In this document: one piece after another, positions 44,153-53,124 of the stretch | Position numbering within the stretch: position 1 is the stretch's first letter | Layout: each line of letters opens with the position of its first letter | Assembly: GCA_965219565.1 (NCBI GenBank) | Contig: OZ244780.1 | Coordinates: forward strand, 1,346,146-1,410,145 | DNA: 64,000 nucleotides | Source: Dehalococcoidia bacterium | GTDB taxonomy: Bacteria > Chloroflexota > Dehalococcoidia > Lucifugimonadales > JAGWBF01 | Direction of reading: 5' to 3' | Position numbers and translations under genes: made by a program | Notes under the pieces: model-generated | What the model saw: the letters and a program-made list of their open reading frames with translations, nothing else | The model's database searches: none | What the model was told of the DNA's origin: nothing

Positions 44153-47100
44153 TCAGAGTTCTAGCTTCGACATCGGCGACCAATCCGAAGTTCCGGCCTC
44201 GTTGACGGCCCGGACGCGGAAGTAGTACACCGTCCAGTACGTCGGCAGTCCCGTGACTGTGGCTCCGGACCCGCTAATGGAGACGCCCAGGCCTGCGCCG
44301 TCGTTCGGCAGCGTCGTCCACTCGCCATTCCACCACAGCCCTACCTCGTAGCCAGTGGCGGTCTCAACGTCGTTCCAGTCCAGGGAGGCATTGCCTGCGC
44401 CGTCCAGGCTCCCGGTGGGCGCGTCGGGCGAGTCCGGGGCGACTGCCGGTGGCAGAGCGGCTCTGGTCACGGTGACGGTATAGGTCGTGGCGGTGTTGCC
44501 GTCCTCGGCGGTGACCTCGACGGTGATGACGTTTCTGCCCACATCGAGTGGGATTACCCCGTCGGCGTCGGCCACGCCGTCCAGCTTGACCGCGTAGGCC
44601 GCTCCGTCGTCGCTGACCGTGGGCGTTACCGTGGTTTCCGTCACGTCGTTGTCGACGTTGGCGGCATACTCGGTGGTGGCCGGGTCGAAGGCGCCGATGT
44701 CCACGCCGCTCAGCGTCAGCCTGCTCAGGGCGGCGTCAGTGGAGAGCGGCGGCGCGGCGCGAGTGACGGAGACGGTGTAGGTCTTGGTGCCGTTCCCGTC
44801 CTCGGCGGTGACCTCGACGGTGATGACGTTGCCGCCCACGCCGAGGGGGATTACCCCGTCCTCGTCAGCCACGCCGTCGAGCTTGATTACGTAGCTTGCC
44901 CCGCCGTCGTTGGTCGTCGGGGTCACCGTCGTTTCGTCCATATCGCTGGCGACGTTGGCGGTGTACCTGGTCGTGTCTGATGCGAACGCCAGGGTGACAT
45001 CGCTCAGGGTCAGGCCGCTCAGCGTCGCGTCTGTGGAGGCTGGCTCCGGCTGTTGTTGGTCTGGGGCGTTGACCGTGAAGCCGGCGGTGGCCGACGCCAG
45101 CTTCACGTTGCCGGGGGACGATATGCTGACCTCGACGGTGTAGTCGCCGGGCGCGCAGGACGTGGAGATGGTGCCTGTGCGGACCTCCGGGTCCTCGTCC
45201 ACCTTGTACATGTAGCGGTCGTTGCCCATGCCGCCGCCTACGCAGCCGTCGGCGTTCCTCACGTCGGCCCGGAAGATGTAGTCGGTGTCGGAGGTGTCCG
45301 AGTCGGATTCCAGGTTGGCGAAAGACATGGTGACGGTGACCTCGACGCCTTCGTCCACCGGCCCGGACGGAGAGAGAGCAATCGCCACGGCAGGGCCCGA
45401 GACCGTCAGCGCGGCGCGGGTGACAGTCACCTTATAGGTCTTGACCGCGCTGCCGTCCTCGGCGGTCACTTCTACTGTGATGACGTTGGTGCCCACCGCG
45501 AGAGGGATTACCCCGTCCGCGTCAGCCACGCCGTCGAGCTTGATCGCGTAGGTGGCCCCGCCGTCGTTAGTCGTCGGACTAACCGTCGTCTGCCTCACAT
45601 CGCTGGCGACGCTGGCGGTGTACCCGGTAGTGGCCTGGTCGAACGCGCCGAAGTCGATGCCGCTCAGCGCCAGGTTGCGCAGCGTGGCGTCGGCGGAGAG
45701 CGACGGCGCGGCGCGGGTTACGGTTACGGTGTAGGTCCGCGTGGTGTTCCCGTCCTCGGCGGTGACTTTGACGGCGATGGCGTTGCTCCCCACGGCGAGA
45801 GAGACGGTCCCGTCTTCGTCTGCCGCGCCGTCGAGCTTGATTACGTAGCTTGCCCCGCCGTCGTTGGTCGTCGGGGTAACGGTGGTCTGCGTCACGTCGT
45901 TGGCGACGCTGGCGGTGTACCCGGTAGTGGCTGATGCGAACGTGCCGATGTTGACGCCGCTCAGGGTGAGGCCGTTCAGCGTGGCGTCTGAGGAGGCCGG
46001 CTCCGGCGGTTGTTGGTCTGGGGCGTTGACCGTGAAGCCGGCGGTGGCCGACGCCAGCTCCACGTTGTCGGGAGACGAGATGCTCGCCCGGACGGTGTAG
46101 GCGCCCGCCGGGCAGTCTGCGGAGATGGTCCCCGTGCGGACTTCGGGGTCCTCATCCACCTGGTACATGTAGCGGTCTACGCCCAGGCCGTAGCCCCCCG
46201 CACGGTCCTCGCATTGGTCGGCCCCAACCACGTCGGCGCGGAAGATGTAATCGGTGTCGGAAGTGTTGGAATCAGACTCCAGGTTGGAGAAAGTCATGGT
46301 CACGTCGATTGGCGCGCCAACGGGCGCGGTGGGGGGCGACAGCGCAATCACAGCCGCAGGGCCGGACTCGGCCCGCTCCTCCTCTTCCCCACGCTGCCCC
46401 GGCGCCAAGTTTGCGCTCAGCGGATTGGCCTGGCCAATCTCGAAACCGTCGATCCTTTCCCTTCCGTTCTCATCCCGGCCACCGTCCACGAAAGCCGCCG
46501 AATCCACCGACACGGTGAACACTCGGCTGAACGTGCCGGACCGGGACAAGGTCACCCCCTCGCTGGCCAGGCTGCCCGCCGCTATCGTTACCGTGTGCTG
46601 CGACAGCACCCCGCCGTTGGATACCGACAGGGTGATGGTCATGTCCGCCGGCGCGCCTTGGGCCACCCTGACCGCGATTTCGTAGGTGCTCCGGTCCTGC
46701 TTCAGCACCGGCGTCAGCGTGAAAGGCGTACCCGTGTTGCCTATGAACCATACCGTGTTCAGACTGGAAAGGCCCTCGAACAATCCGTCCGGCAGATCCC
46801 TCAGTTTGTTGTCGAACAGAGCCAGCACCCGCAGAGCGCCCAGGCCCTCGAACACATCGCCCGGCAGTGCGTTCAGTTTATTCCCGTAGAGATACAGCGA
46901 TTCCAGACTGGACAATCCCGCGAAAGCCCCGGCTGGCAGCGTGCGCAGGTTGTTGTTTTCCAAGCTCAAGTCTTTCAGCTTGACCAGGCCCGCGAAAGCC
47001 CCGGCTGGCAGCGTGCGCAGGTTGTTGTTTTCCAGACTCAAGTCTTCCAACTTGCCCAATCCGTTGAAGGCGTCCTCCGGCAGCGTCGCCAGAGCGTTGT

Positions 47101-50100
47101 CGTGCAGGCGCAGCTCTTCGAGTTTGCCTAGGCGCTCAAATCCCGGCAGCGTCGTCAGCGCGTTGTCGTGCAGCAGCAGGGCTTCCAGTTCGACCAGGTC
47201 GCCGAGCACCCCGTCCGGCAGCGCGCTCAGGGCTTTGCTCTCATCGGCGTTCTTGTTGTGGTGTAGGTCCAGGCTCTTCAGCTTGGACAGGCCGTCAAAC
47301 ACGCCCTCGGGCAGCGACAGCAGGTGGTTGTTATCCAGAATCAGCCGCTCCAGGCCGGCCGCGTCGGCAAAAGTATCCGCCGGCAGCGCCGTAAACTCGT
47401 TCTCCCCCAAGTGCAGCAGTTTCAGGGCCGGCAGGCGGGTGAACATATCCGTCGGCAGCGCGGTCAGCGAGTTGTGTTCCAGGTGCAGCTTGTTCAGGCT
47501 CGCTAAGCCGTTGAACACGTCGGCGGGCAGCGCGGTCAGGGAGTTGCGTTCCAGGTGCAGCTCTTGGAGGTTCGCCAGGCCCTGGAAATCCCCGGATTTC
47601 AGCCCGGTAATCCCTTTGTTGATCAGCAGCAGGCTGCCGGTGATACCAGCAAGGTCCTCAGCCGTAACCAACTCGCAGTCGCTGACGTTGGGCAGCAGGG
47701 CCAGAATCCCGTCGCGCACCTGCGGCGTGCGCCCGCAGATGCCCGCCAAGTCGGTTACGGTAACGGTGACGTCCAAGGCGCCGGTATTGGTTCCATCGAA
47801 CGCCTGCACCGTTACGCTGTACACGTTGTCAGCATCGGCGTCCGCCGGGGCCTCGTAGTCGGGGGCAGCGGCGAACACCAGTTCCCCGGCGCTGCCGATG
47901 GAGAAGTCGCCGCCGTCGTCGCCGGACACCGACCAGGTTATGGTTGCGTTGTCTTCCCCGCCCGTTGCCGCGTATGCAGCCACCGGCGCAGCGCCGTTCT
48001 CGGCGTAGTCCGCCGCGACGGGACCGGACATGGCAAGCGGTGTTCCGGAGGTCAGCGTCAGGCTGTCCCCGACGCCAATCCGTATGCCATCGTAGCCCTC
48101 GTAATCATCCTCGTCGAACTCAGCTGACTCCACGCTGACGACGACCTGAGCGTGCCCGTTGCCGGCGGGGGTGAGGGTAATCGCATCGCTGGCCGTCTTG
48201 CCGCCCTCAACCTTGATAGCCGCGCCGGACAGGTCGCCGCCCTCGACCGACAGGCCGACGTCCATGTCGAAGGGCGACCCCTCGGCGACCTTGACCGCCA
48301 CCGCGCCGTCTCCCTGCTGTTCCAACTCCGCGGTAAGCGTGAAAGGCGCTCCGGGATTACCGCTCAGGGTCAGTCGCTCCAGGTTGGAGAGGCCCTCGAA
48401 AAGACCTTCGGGAAGCTCACTCAGATTGTTCTCGTCCAAGCGCAGCAATTGCAGGTTGGAGAGGCCGTCGAACACGCCGGCGGGCTGATCGCTCAGATTG
48501 TTGTCATACAAGTACAGCCGTTGCAGGCTGGTGAGGCCGTCGAATACGCCGTTCGGCAGTGATGCCAGCTGGTTGGAGCCCAAGCCCAGCCGTCGCAGGC
48601 TGGTGAGGCCGTCGAACACGTCCTCGGGCAGGGAAGTCAGATCGTTGTTCCACATGTGCAGCCCTTGCAGGCTGGTGAGGCCGTCGAACACGTCCTCGGG
48701 CAGGGAAGTCAGGTCGTTGTTGTCCAGGTGCAGATCTTTCAGGCTGGTGAGGCCGCTGAAGTCTCCGTCCTGCAATGCGGTTATCCCGGCATCAGACAGC
48801 AATAGGTCGCCTGTAATGCCGGCCAGGTCCGAGCTGGTCACCGCCGCGCAGTCGCTGACGTTGGGCAGCAGGGCCAGAATCCCGTCGCGCACCTGCGGCG
48901 TGCGGTCGCAGATGCCGGAGTTACCGGAGACGGACACGACCACGGTGGTTTCGGCCGTCCCGTCAATGCCGTCGTCGGCCGTGACGGTCAGCTCGTACTC
49001 ACCCGGGGCGACCGACGCACCAATGCCGCGCGTGTAACTGATCACTCCGCTGGTCGAGTCAATCCCGAACCGCGAAGGCCAGTCCCCCGCCTTCGCGTAC
49101 GTGATCGAATCGTTATCCGCGTCGGCCGCGACGACCGTGATGAGATTCGGCACTTCACTCGAATCGCTCTCCATCTCGACCGCGTAAAGCGCCGCGAACT
49201 GCGGCGGCGTGCCGGGAAGATCATAGGCGACGTTGAAGAGTCCCTGCCTGACCCAGATTATGCTGCCGTCGGACCACATGCCGCTTGTAATCATTGTGAG
49301 GAGGTCGTATGGGGATGGAGGGGGAGGAGCTCGTACAATGTCGAAATCGCGGCTCGGCACCCGCGCTTTGGTCTGGAGGTCGAAGGCGTACACTATGCGG
49401 CGTTTCGCTCCTTCGACCCACATCGTCTTTCCGTTGGACCAAAGTCCGGCTGGTGAGCCGACCGAGTACGGTAGGAATGGGGGTTTTCCCCTCGTCCCGG
49501 GAACCGAGAACTCCTCGCTCCGATCTCTCATTCCCGTGGCCATGTTGTACGCGTATACGCGCAAATGATGCCCGGTTACCCACATCGTTTCGCCGTCGGA
49601 CCAGATGCCCCCAGAGGGGTGATCGCGACCGGCTGAGATGTGGTCGTAGTGCGTGAGCCTAATCGTCTTGTCGCTTAGAAGCTTCCAGCTCGATCCGGTC
49701 CGTTGGAAGGCATATAAATAGTGCCTGTTTCCATGACCGCTATCATGTTTTTCGACTGTCAGCCATAGGATTCCATTGCCGTACCAGAGTTCCGGGTTCG
49801 CAAAAGACCCGTATTCGCATATCTTGAAAGTCGAGGGCACTCCATTGCAGGGGCCGATGTTGAAGCCCGCTCCCCTGTCCACCTCGCCCGTCTCCCGGTC
49901 GTAGATCGATACGACCACCCTGGCCAACCTGGCGAGCTCCTCCTCCACCCTTATTGACGCAATCCAGAACCTGTCGGCGCTTCCGTTCGCCGACGTGAAA
50001 CCAGTGGCAAGCGCTTCATTCGTATAGGGCGTTATGAAAGTATGCTCGCGGGTCACCGGGTCTTGCGCCCACGTCTCCGGCGCTGGCGCTGCCGGACGTT

Positions 50101-50638
50101 CAGGAACAACGATAGTGATCAGATACCTGATGATTGTGACGCCATCCGGCGCCGTGACCGTAACCGTCACATCGTTCGAGCCGGTTTGCACGTCGAAGTC
50201 CACCGGACTGGCGCATCCCTTTGAAGAATGGAGCGATTGGTCGAAGGTGATACCAGGAAGGCTGTCCTCACGGTCGATGGCGAGGCTCGCTTGGGGCTGC
50301 GTAGGCCAGGCGCAGATGCTGCTTGACGTGAGATACGAGTCAAGCTCGACTGTCGCCTCATTGTCCTTGTCGAACGCAATGTTCCCGGAAGCTTCTTCGC
50401 CGGGGCCGGGATTGATGATGCTGAAGCCGTCGCCGCCGATGTGGACCTTGTGCAGCGTGGCGTCGTTGGAGGCCGTAGGCGTGGACGTGGGACTGGCGGA
50501 GTTGGTCGGAGCGGGCGTCTGGGCGAGTGCGACGCCGCTCGGAGAGACGGTAGTGAGCGCCAGCGCGATGACCGCCAGCAGAGCCAGCGCGGCGACGGGC
50601 CGGAGAATCGGACGCAGGTTTGGCAATTGGAATGTCAT
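44153..50638 (-). CDS. Giant secreted surface protein with LRR blocks, cadherin-like domains, W-rich propeller-like repeats and a C-terminal FN3
   Basis: 2161 aa with a signal peptide. WSDG.TMWV-type repeats, two LRR blocks (LxxLxLxxNxLxxLPxxxFxGL), at least 6 DATLxxLxLSG cadherin-like beta-sandwich modules and a terminal FN3-like domain. Confidence 0.85.
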   Translation of the reverse strand: MTFQLPNLRPILRPVAALALLAVIALALTTVSPSGVALAQTPAPTNSASPTSTPTASNDATLHKVHIGGDGFSIINPGPGEEASGNIAFDKDNEATVELDSYLTSSSICAWPTQPQASLAIDREDSLPGITFDQSLHSSKGCASPVDFDVQTGSNDVTVTVTAPDGVTIIRYLITIVVPERPAAPAPETWAQDPVTREHTFITPYTNEALATGFTSANGSADRFWIASIRVEEELARLARVVVSIYDRETGEVDRGAGFNIGPCNGVPSTFKICEYGSFANPELWYGNGILWLTVEKHDSGHGNRHYLYAFQRTGSSWKLLSDKTIRLTHYDHISAGRDHPSGGIWSDGETMWVTGHHLRVYAYNMATGMRDRSEEFSVPGTRGKPPFLPYSVGSPAGLWSNGKTMWVEGAKRRIVYAFDLQTKARVPSRDFDIVRAPPPPSPYDLLTMITSGMWSDGSIIWVRQGLFNVAYDLPGTPPQFAALYAVEMESDSSEVPNLITVVAADADNDSITYAKAGDWPSRFGIDSTSGVISYTRGIGASVAPGEYELTVTADDGIDGTAETTVVVSVSGNSGICDRTPQVRDGILALLPNVSDCAAVTSSDLAGITGDLLLSDAGITALQDGDFSGLTSLKDLHLDNNDLTSLPEDVFDGLTSLQGLHMWNNDLTSLPEDVFDGLTSLRRLGLGSNQLASLPNGVFDGLTSLQRLYLYDNNLSDQPAGVFDGLSNLQLLRLDENNLSELPEGLFEGLSNLERLTLSGNPGAPFTLTAELEQQGDGAVAVKVAEGSPFDMDVGLSVEGGDLSGAAIKVEGGKTASDAITLTPAGNGHAQVVVSVESAEFDEDDYEGYDGIRIGVGDSLTLTSGTPLAMSGPVAADYAENGAAPVAAYAATGGEDNATITWSVSGDDGGDFSIGSAGELVFAAAPDYEAPADADADNVYSVTVQAFDGTNTGALDVTVTVTDLAGICGRTPQVRDGILALLPNVSDCELVTAEDLAGITGSLLLINKGITGLKSGDFQGLANLQELHLERNSLTALPADVFNGLASLNKLHLEHNSLTALPTDMFTRLPALKLLHLGENEFTALPADTFADAAGLERLILDNNHLLSLPEGVFDGLSKLKSLDLHHNKNADESKALSALPDGVLGDLVELEALLLHDNALTTLPGFERLGKLEELRLHDNALATLPEDAFNGLGKLEDLSLENNNLRTLPAGAFAGLVKLKDLSLENNNLRTLPAGAFAGLSSLESLYLYGNKLNALPGDVFEGLGALRVLALFDNKLRDLPDGLFEGLSSLNTVWFIGNTGTPFTLTPVLKQDRSTYEIAVRVAQGAPADMTITLSVSNGGVLSQHTVTIAAGSLASEGVTLSRSGTFSRVFTVSVDSAAFVDGGRDENGRERIDGFEIGQANPLSANLAPGQRGEEEERAESGPAAVIALSPPTAPVGAPIDVTMTFSNLESDSNTSDTDYIFRADVVGADQCEDRAGGYGLGVDRYMYQVDEDPEVRTGTISADCPAGAYTVRASISSPDNVELASATAGFTVNAPDQQPPEPASSDATLNGLTLSGVNIGTFASATTGYTASVANDVTQTTVTPTTNDGGASYVIKLDGAADEDGTVSLAVGSNAIAVKVTAEDGNTTRTYTVTVTRAAPSLSADATLRNLALSGIDFGAFDQATTGYTASVASDVRQTTVSPTTNDGGATYAIKLDGVADADGVIPLAVGTNVITVEVTAEDGSAVKTYKVTVTRAALTVSGPAVAIALSPSGPVDEGVEVTVTMSFANLESDSDTSDTDYIFRADVRNADGCVGGGMGNDRYMYKVDEDPEVRTGTISTSCAPGDYTVEVSISSPGNVKLASATAGFTVNAPDQQQPEPASTDATLSGLTLSDVTLAFASDTTRYTANVASDMDETTVTPTTNDGGASYVIKLDGVADEDGVIPLGVGGNVITVEVTAEDGNGTKTYTVSVTRAAPPLSTDAALSRLTLSGVDIGAFDPATTEYAANVDNDVTETTVTPTVSDDGAAYAVKLDGVADADGVIPLDVGRNVITVEVTAEDGNTATTYTVTVTRAALPPAVAPDSPDAPTGSLDGAGNASLDWNDVETATGYEVGLWWNGEWTTLPNDGAGLGVSISGSGATVTGLPTYWTVYYFRVRAVNEAGTSDWSPMSKLEL

Positions 50639-51353
50639 CTTCGTTCGTACGCTCTCTTTAGCATGGTTGGCCTGTCGTGACGCCGCCGGGCGCGCCCGGC
50701 GGCGTTGGGCGGCTGGGGGGCGGTTCGTGGATACGGCTTGCCGAGGTTCCCCGGCTCAGCGCCAATTCGCCGTCCGCTACGCAGATGGTCAGGGTCTGGG
50801 GAGATATGAAGTCGTTTTGGGCAGAGGTAGCCCAAGGGACCGTCAGGAACAGATCGGCGCCCCGAGCATTCGGACGCTCGGCAGTGCAGGTGGGGCAGGT
50901 GGGACAGGTGTGATCGAACCTATCGGACGGGGTTCTAAGGCTATCTAGGTGACGAAAACCGGGCGGGGGGGTCGAAGGATTGCGTTCGTCGAGACGCGGG
51001 TCCACGGCGGCGGATACCGCCGGTGCGCTCTCTGACGCTGCTGCAACTTGTATCCTATGCGGAAGGCAAGTCAATATGACCCCTCTAACGGGCAGACATA
51101 GGCCAAGCGCTCCGGGCAAGTGAAATCGGACGGCGCTTGAGCGCAGTAGATATTTTAGACTACCCATGTGAGTCCAGTGTGATGGTCAACCCCTATTACC
51201 GTGACGTTATTGTGAGTATTTGGCCCGGCTGGTACAATTGAGGCCAGTTGGCCGAGGGCGTCTCGAAGCCGGGCTCCGCATCCGGCCGGGCGCCTGACGA
51301 CGTGGAGCCGGGTGGCGTCCGCAGTCCGGTCAGGGAGGGAAGATGAAGGAAGC

Positions 51354-51441
51354 ATGCGGGCTTTTGCGTTCCAGCAGGTCTATGCCCGTATCCGGGCCGT
51401 GCAGAGAGGACTAACTGACGTGGGTGCGCCACGAGAGTTAG
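51354..51441 (+). repeat. Direct repeat copy B
   Basis: ATGCGGGCTTTTGCGTTCCAG ... GGACTAACTGACGTGGGTGCGCCACGAGAGTTAG. About 34 of 38 core positions are identical to copy A. Confidence 0.75.
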
Positions 51442-51533
51442 CAGGATGTGGAAGAAGGGGTATCGTCGGTCACGCGTAGTCGGTCGAGCGTGTGATTGCG
51501 GCGGAGTGGTCGGTCAGGAGGTTGAAGCGGCGG

Positions 51534-51722
51534 CTAGGGACGTTTCAGAGGAGGAGTGGCGGGGTTTGGCAGGCCCCGCCGGTCATTTTGGGCATACTTC
51601 GCCCGTAGCCGCTCACGCCGGCTGAACCGCCTGGTCTGCTGAGGCGTCATCAACCTGGACATCCGAACCAGGTTGTACGCCGCAGCCTGTGAACTTCTCT
51701 CGGTCAGAACCGCACCATTCAT
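51534..51722 (-). pseudogene. Possible C-terminal remnant of a DDE transposase
   Basis: AAAYNLVRMSRLM resembles the conserved C-terminal helix of IS4/IS5-type transposases. No upstream catalytic region remains. Confidence 0.3.
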
Positions 51723-51742
51723 TTGACGGACTCAATCGACAC

Positions 51743-51776
51743 GGAAAGCTTAAGTACTCGTGGGCGGTCGATTTGG
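51743..51776 (+). repeat. AGTACT-centred sequence, candidate right attachment site (R1)
   Basis: GGAAAGCTTAAGTACTCGTGGGCGGTCGATTTGG is identical at 28 of 34 positions to 56893-56926. It shares the AAGTACT core with the tRNA-side junction at 7108-7114. Confidence 0.4.
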
Positions 51777-52222
51777 GTCCATTCAAGCTAGATCGGACTG
51801 CTAGACAATAGCAAGCCCCACAAGACCCTGCAGGAGAGGGGTGGGGCCGTTGGGAACGAGCGTGGCGCGCAACCAATGCACCAAACCCTGCTAGCCCGTC
51901 CGGATCTAAGCTGACCCATCCCGGATGTATAAGTGGGGCCAACGTGGACGGTATCTGCACCGTCTTCTAGCTTTGGCAGGGCAGCCTGTGAATCTCCCTT
52001 CGGCTCTTGGCTCGTCCACTGTCACCAGTTGGAGCGGAGGAACGCAACCTCCGGTCTCTCGCACCGACACTACAGTCAGCACGTAGCCGGACTACTCCGG
52101 CGCTACCGTCCTCGACGAGGACCCGTCCATGCTAACGACGGAGAGCAGATGCCTCCAACCTAACTATTTGAAATTACATCTAAGGTTGAATATCTTACAT
52201 CGGCGTGGGAATAATCGTCTTC

Positions 52223-52243
52223 TGGTATACTACATGGTATACT
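52223..52243 (+). promoter_or_regulatory. Candidate AbiEi operator
   Basis: TGGTATACT repeated with a 12-bp period (52223-52231 and 52235-52243). Each copy contains the palindrome GTATAC. Ends 12 nt upstream of the ATG. Confidence 0.4.
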
Positions 52244-52254
52244 GTAAGAGCATT

Positions 52255-53124
52255 ATGACATATTCTGCTAAGAGTTCTCTGGCTCCGGTGTATCACGAGA
52301 GCGGTCCGTTTGCTGGCGTGACCGGTCGACGGCGAAAGCAACTGATGACGCTCCATCGGGCGTTCCACGGGCCGTTCGACTCGGCGCAAGCCGCATCGGT
52401 GCTCGACATCGATGTCGATCGTACACGCCGCCTGCTTGCAGCGCTAGCGGGTAGTGGCTGGCTTGCCCGTGTGCGAAGGGGCTGGTACATAGGTGTGCCC
52501 ATAGATGCATCCGCGCCGGGGGAGTGGCGGGAAGACCCCTGGGTGGTTGCGGCAACGCTCTTCTCTCCAGGCTACATCGGCGGGTGGAGCGCTGTTGAGC
52601 ACTGGGGACTGACCGACCAGATCTTCAACGTTATCTACGTTGTTGTGGGACGTAAGGTAGCGCCAACCCGACAGACCTTACAGGGGACTGACTTCCTGAT
52701 ACGAACAGTGCCCGAGCGGGCGCTGTTCGGGACGCGCCGCGTCTGGCGTCAGAGCGTGGCGGTGAATGTGGCGGACCCGCATCGCACGGTGATTGACATT
52801 CTCGATGTCCCGGCCTCCGCAGGCGGTGTCCTGCACGCGTTCGAAGTCCTGCGGGCCTACTTCGAAAGCGAGCACGCCGACCAGGCAAAACTCCTGGAGT
52901 ACGGCGACCGGCTCGATAGGGGCACAATGTTCAAGCGGCTAGGATATCTGGTGGAGAAAGCGGGTATCGCTGACGACGAGTTTGTGGAGGCGTGTCGCAT
53001 CCGAATCACCAAGGGCGTGAGCCGCCTCGATCCCAGTGGATCACCAAAGGGGCGTATCGTAGCTAGGTGGAACCTTCGCGTTAACACCTGGCGACTTGCC
53101 CCCGACAACGGGGATGGGCCGTGA
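52255..53124 (+). CDS. abiEi: AbiEi-family type IV antitoxin / transcriptional regulator
   Basis: N-terminal wHTH (FDSAQAASVLDIDVDRTRRLLAALAGSGWLARVRRGWY) plus the C-terminal AbiEi_4-like region. The stop overlaps the toxin start. Confidence 0.75.
   Translation: MTYSAKSSLAPVYHESGPFAGVTGRRRKQLMTLHRAFHGPFDSAQAASVLDIDVDRTRRLLAALAGSGWLARVRRGWYIGVPIDASAPGEWREDPWVVAATLFSPGYIGGWSAVEHWGLTDQIFNVIYVVVGRKVAPTRQTLQGTDFLIRTVPERALFGTRRVWRQSVAVNVADPHRTVIDILDVPASAGGVLHAFEVLRAYFESEHADQAKLLEYGDRLDRGTMFKRLGYLVEKAGIADDEFVEACRIRITKGVSRLDPSGSPKGRIVARWNLRVNTWRLAPDNGDGP

Larger units (their letters stand above)
7094..51776. mobile_element. Integrative conjugative element (composite), provisional boundaries
   Basis: GC rises sharply at 7128 right after the tRNA. 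Serine recombinase sits at the left edge and T4SS, replication/recombination and anti-restriction-like modules lie inside. The right edge is placed at an AGTACT-centred sequence (51743-51776) related to the left junction. An alternative right end is near 43.4 kb. Confidence 0.5.

Noticed and set aside
44153-50638. Diversity-generating retroelement targeting the giant repeat protein
   Set aside because: The only reverse transcriptase in the window is a standard group II intron maturase with HNH. I saw no template/variable repeat pair with adenine-specific differences.
50658-51167. 169-aa minus-strand ORF upstream of the giant gene
   Set aside because: No RBS or motif, Pro/Ser/Arg-rich translation, and several overlapping ORFs in other frames. 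More likely a non-coding upstream region.
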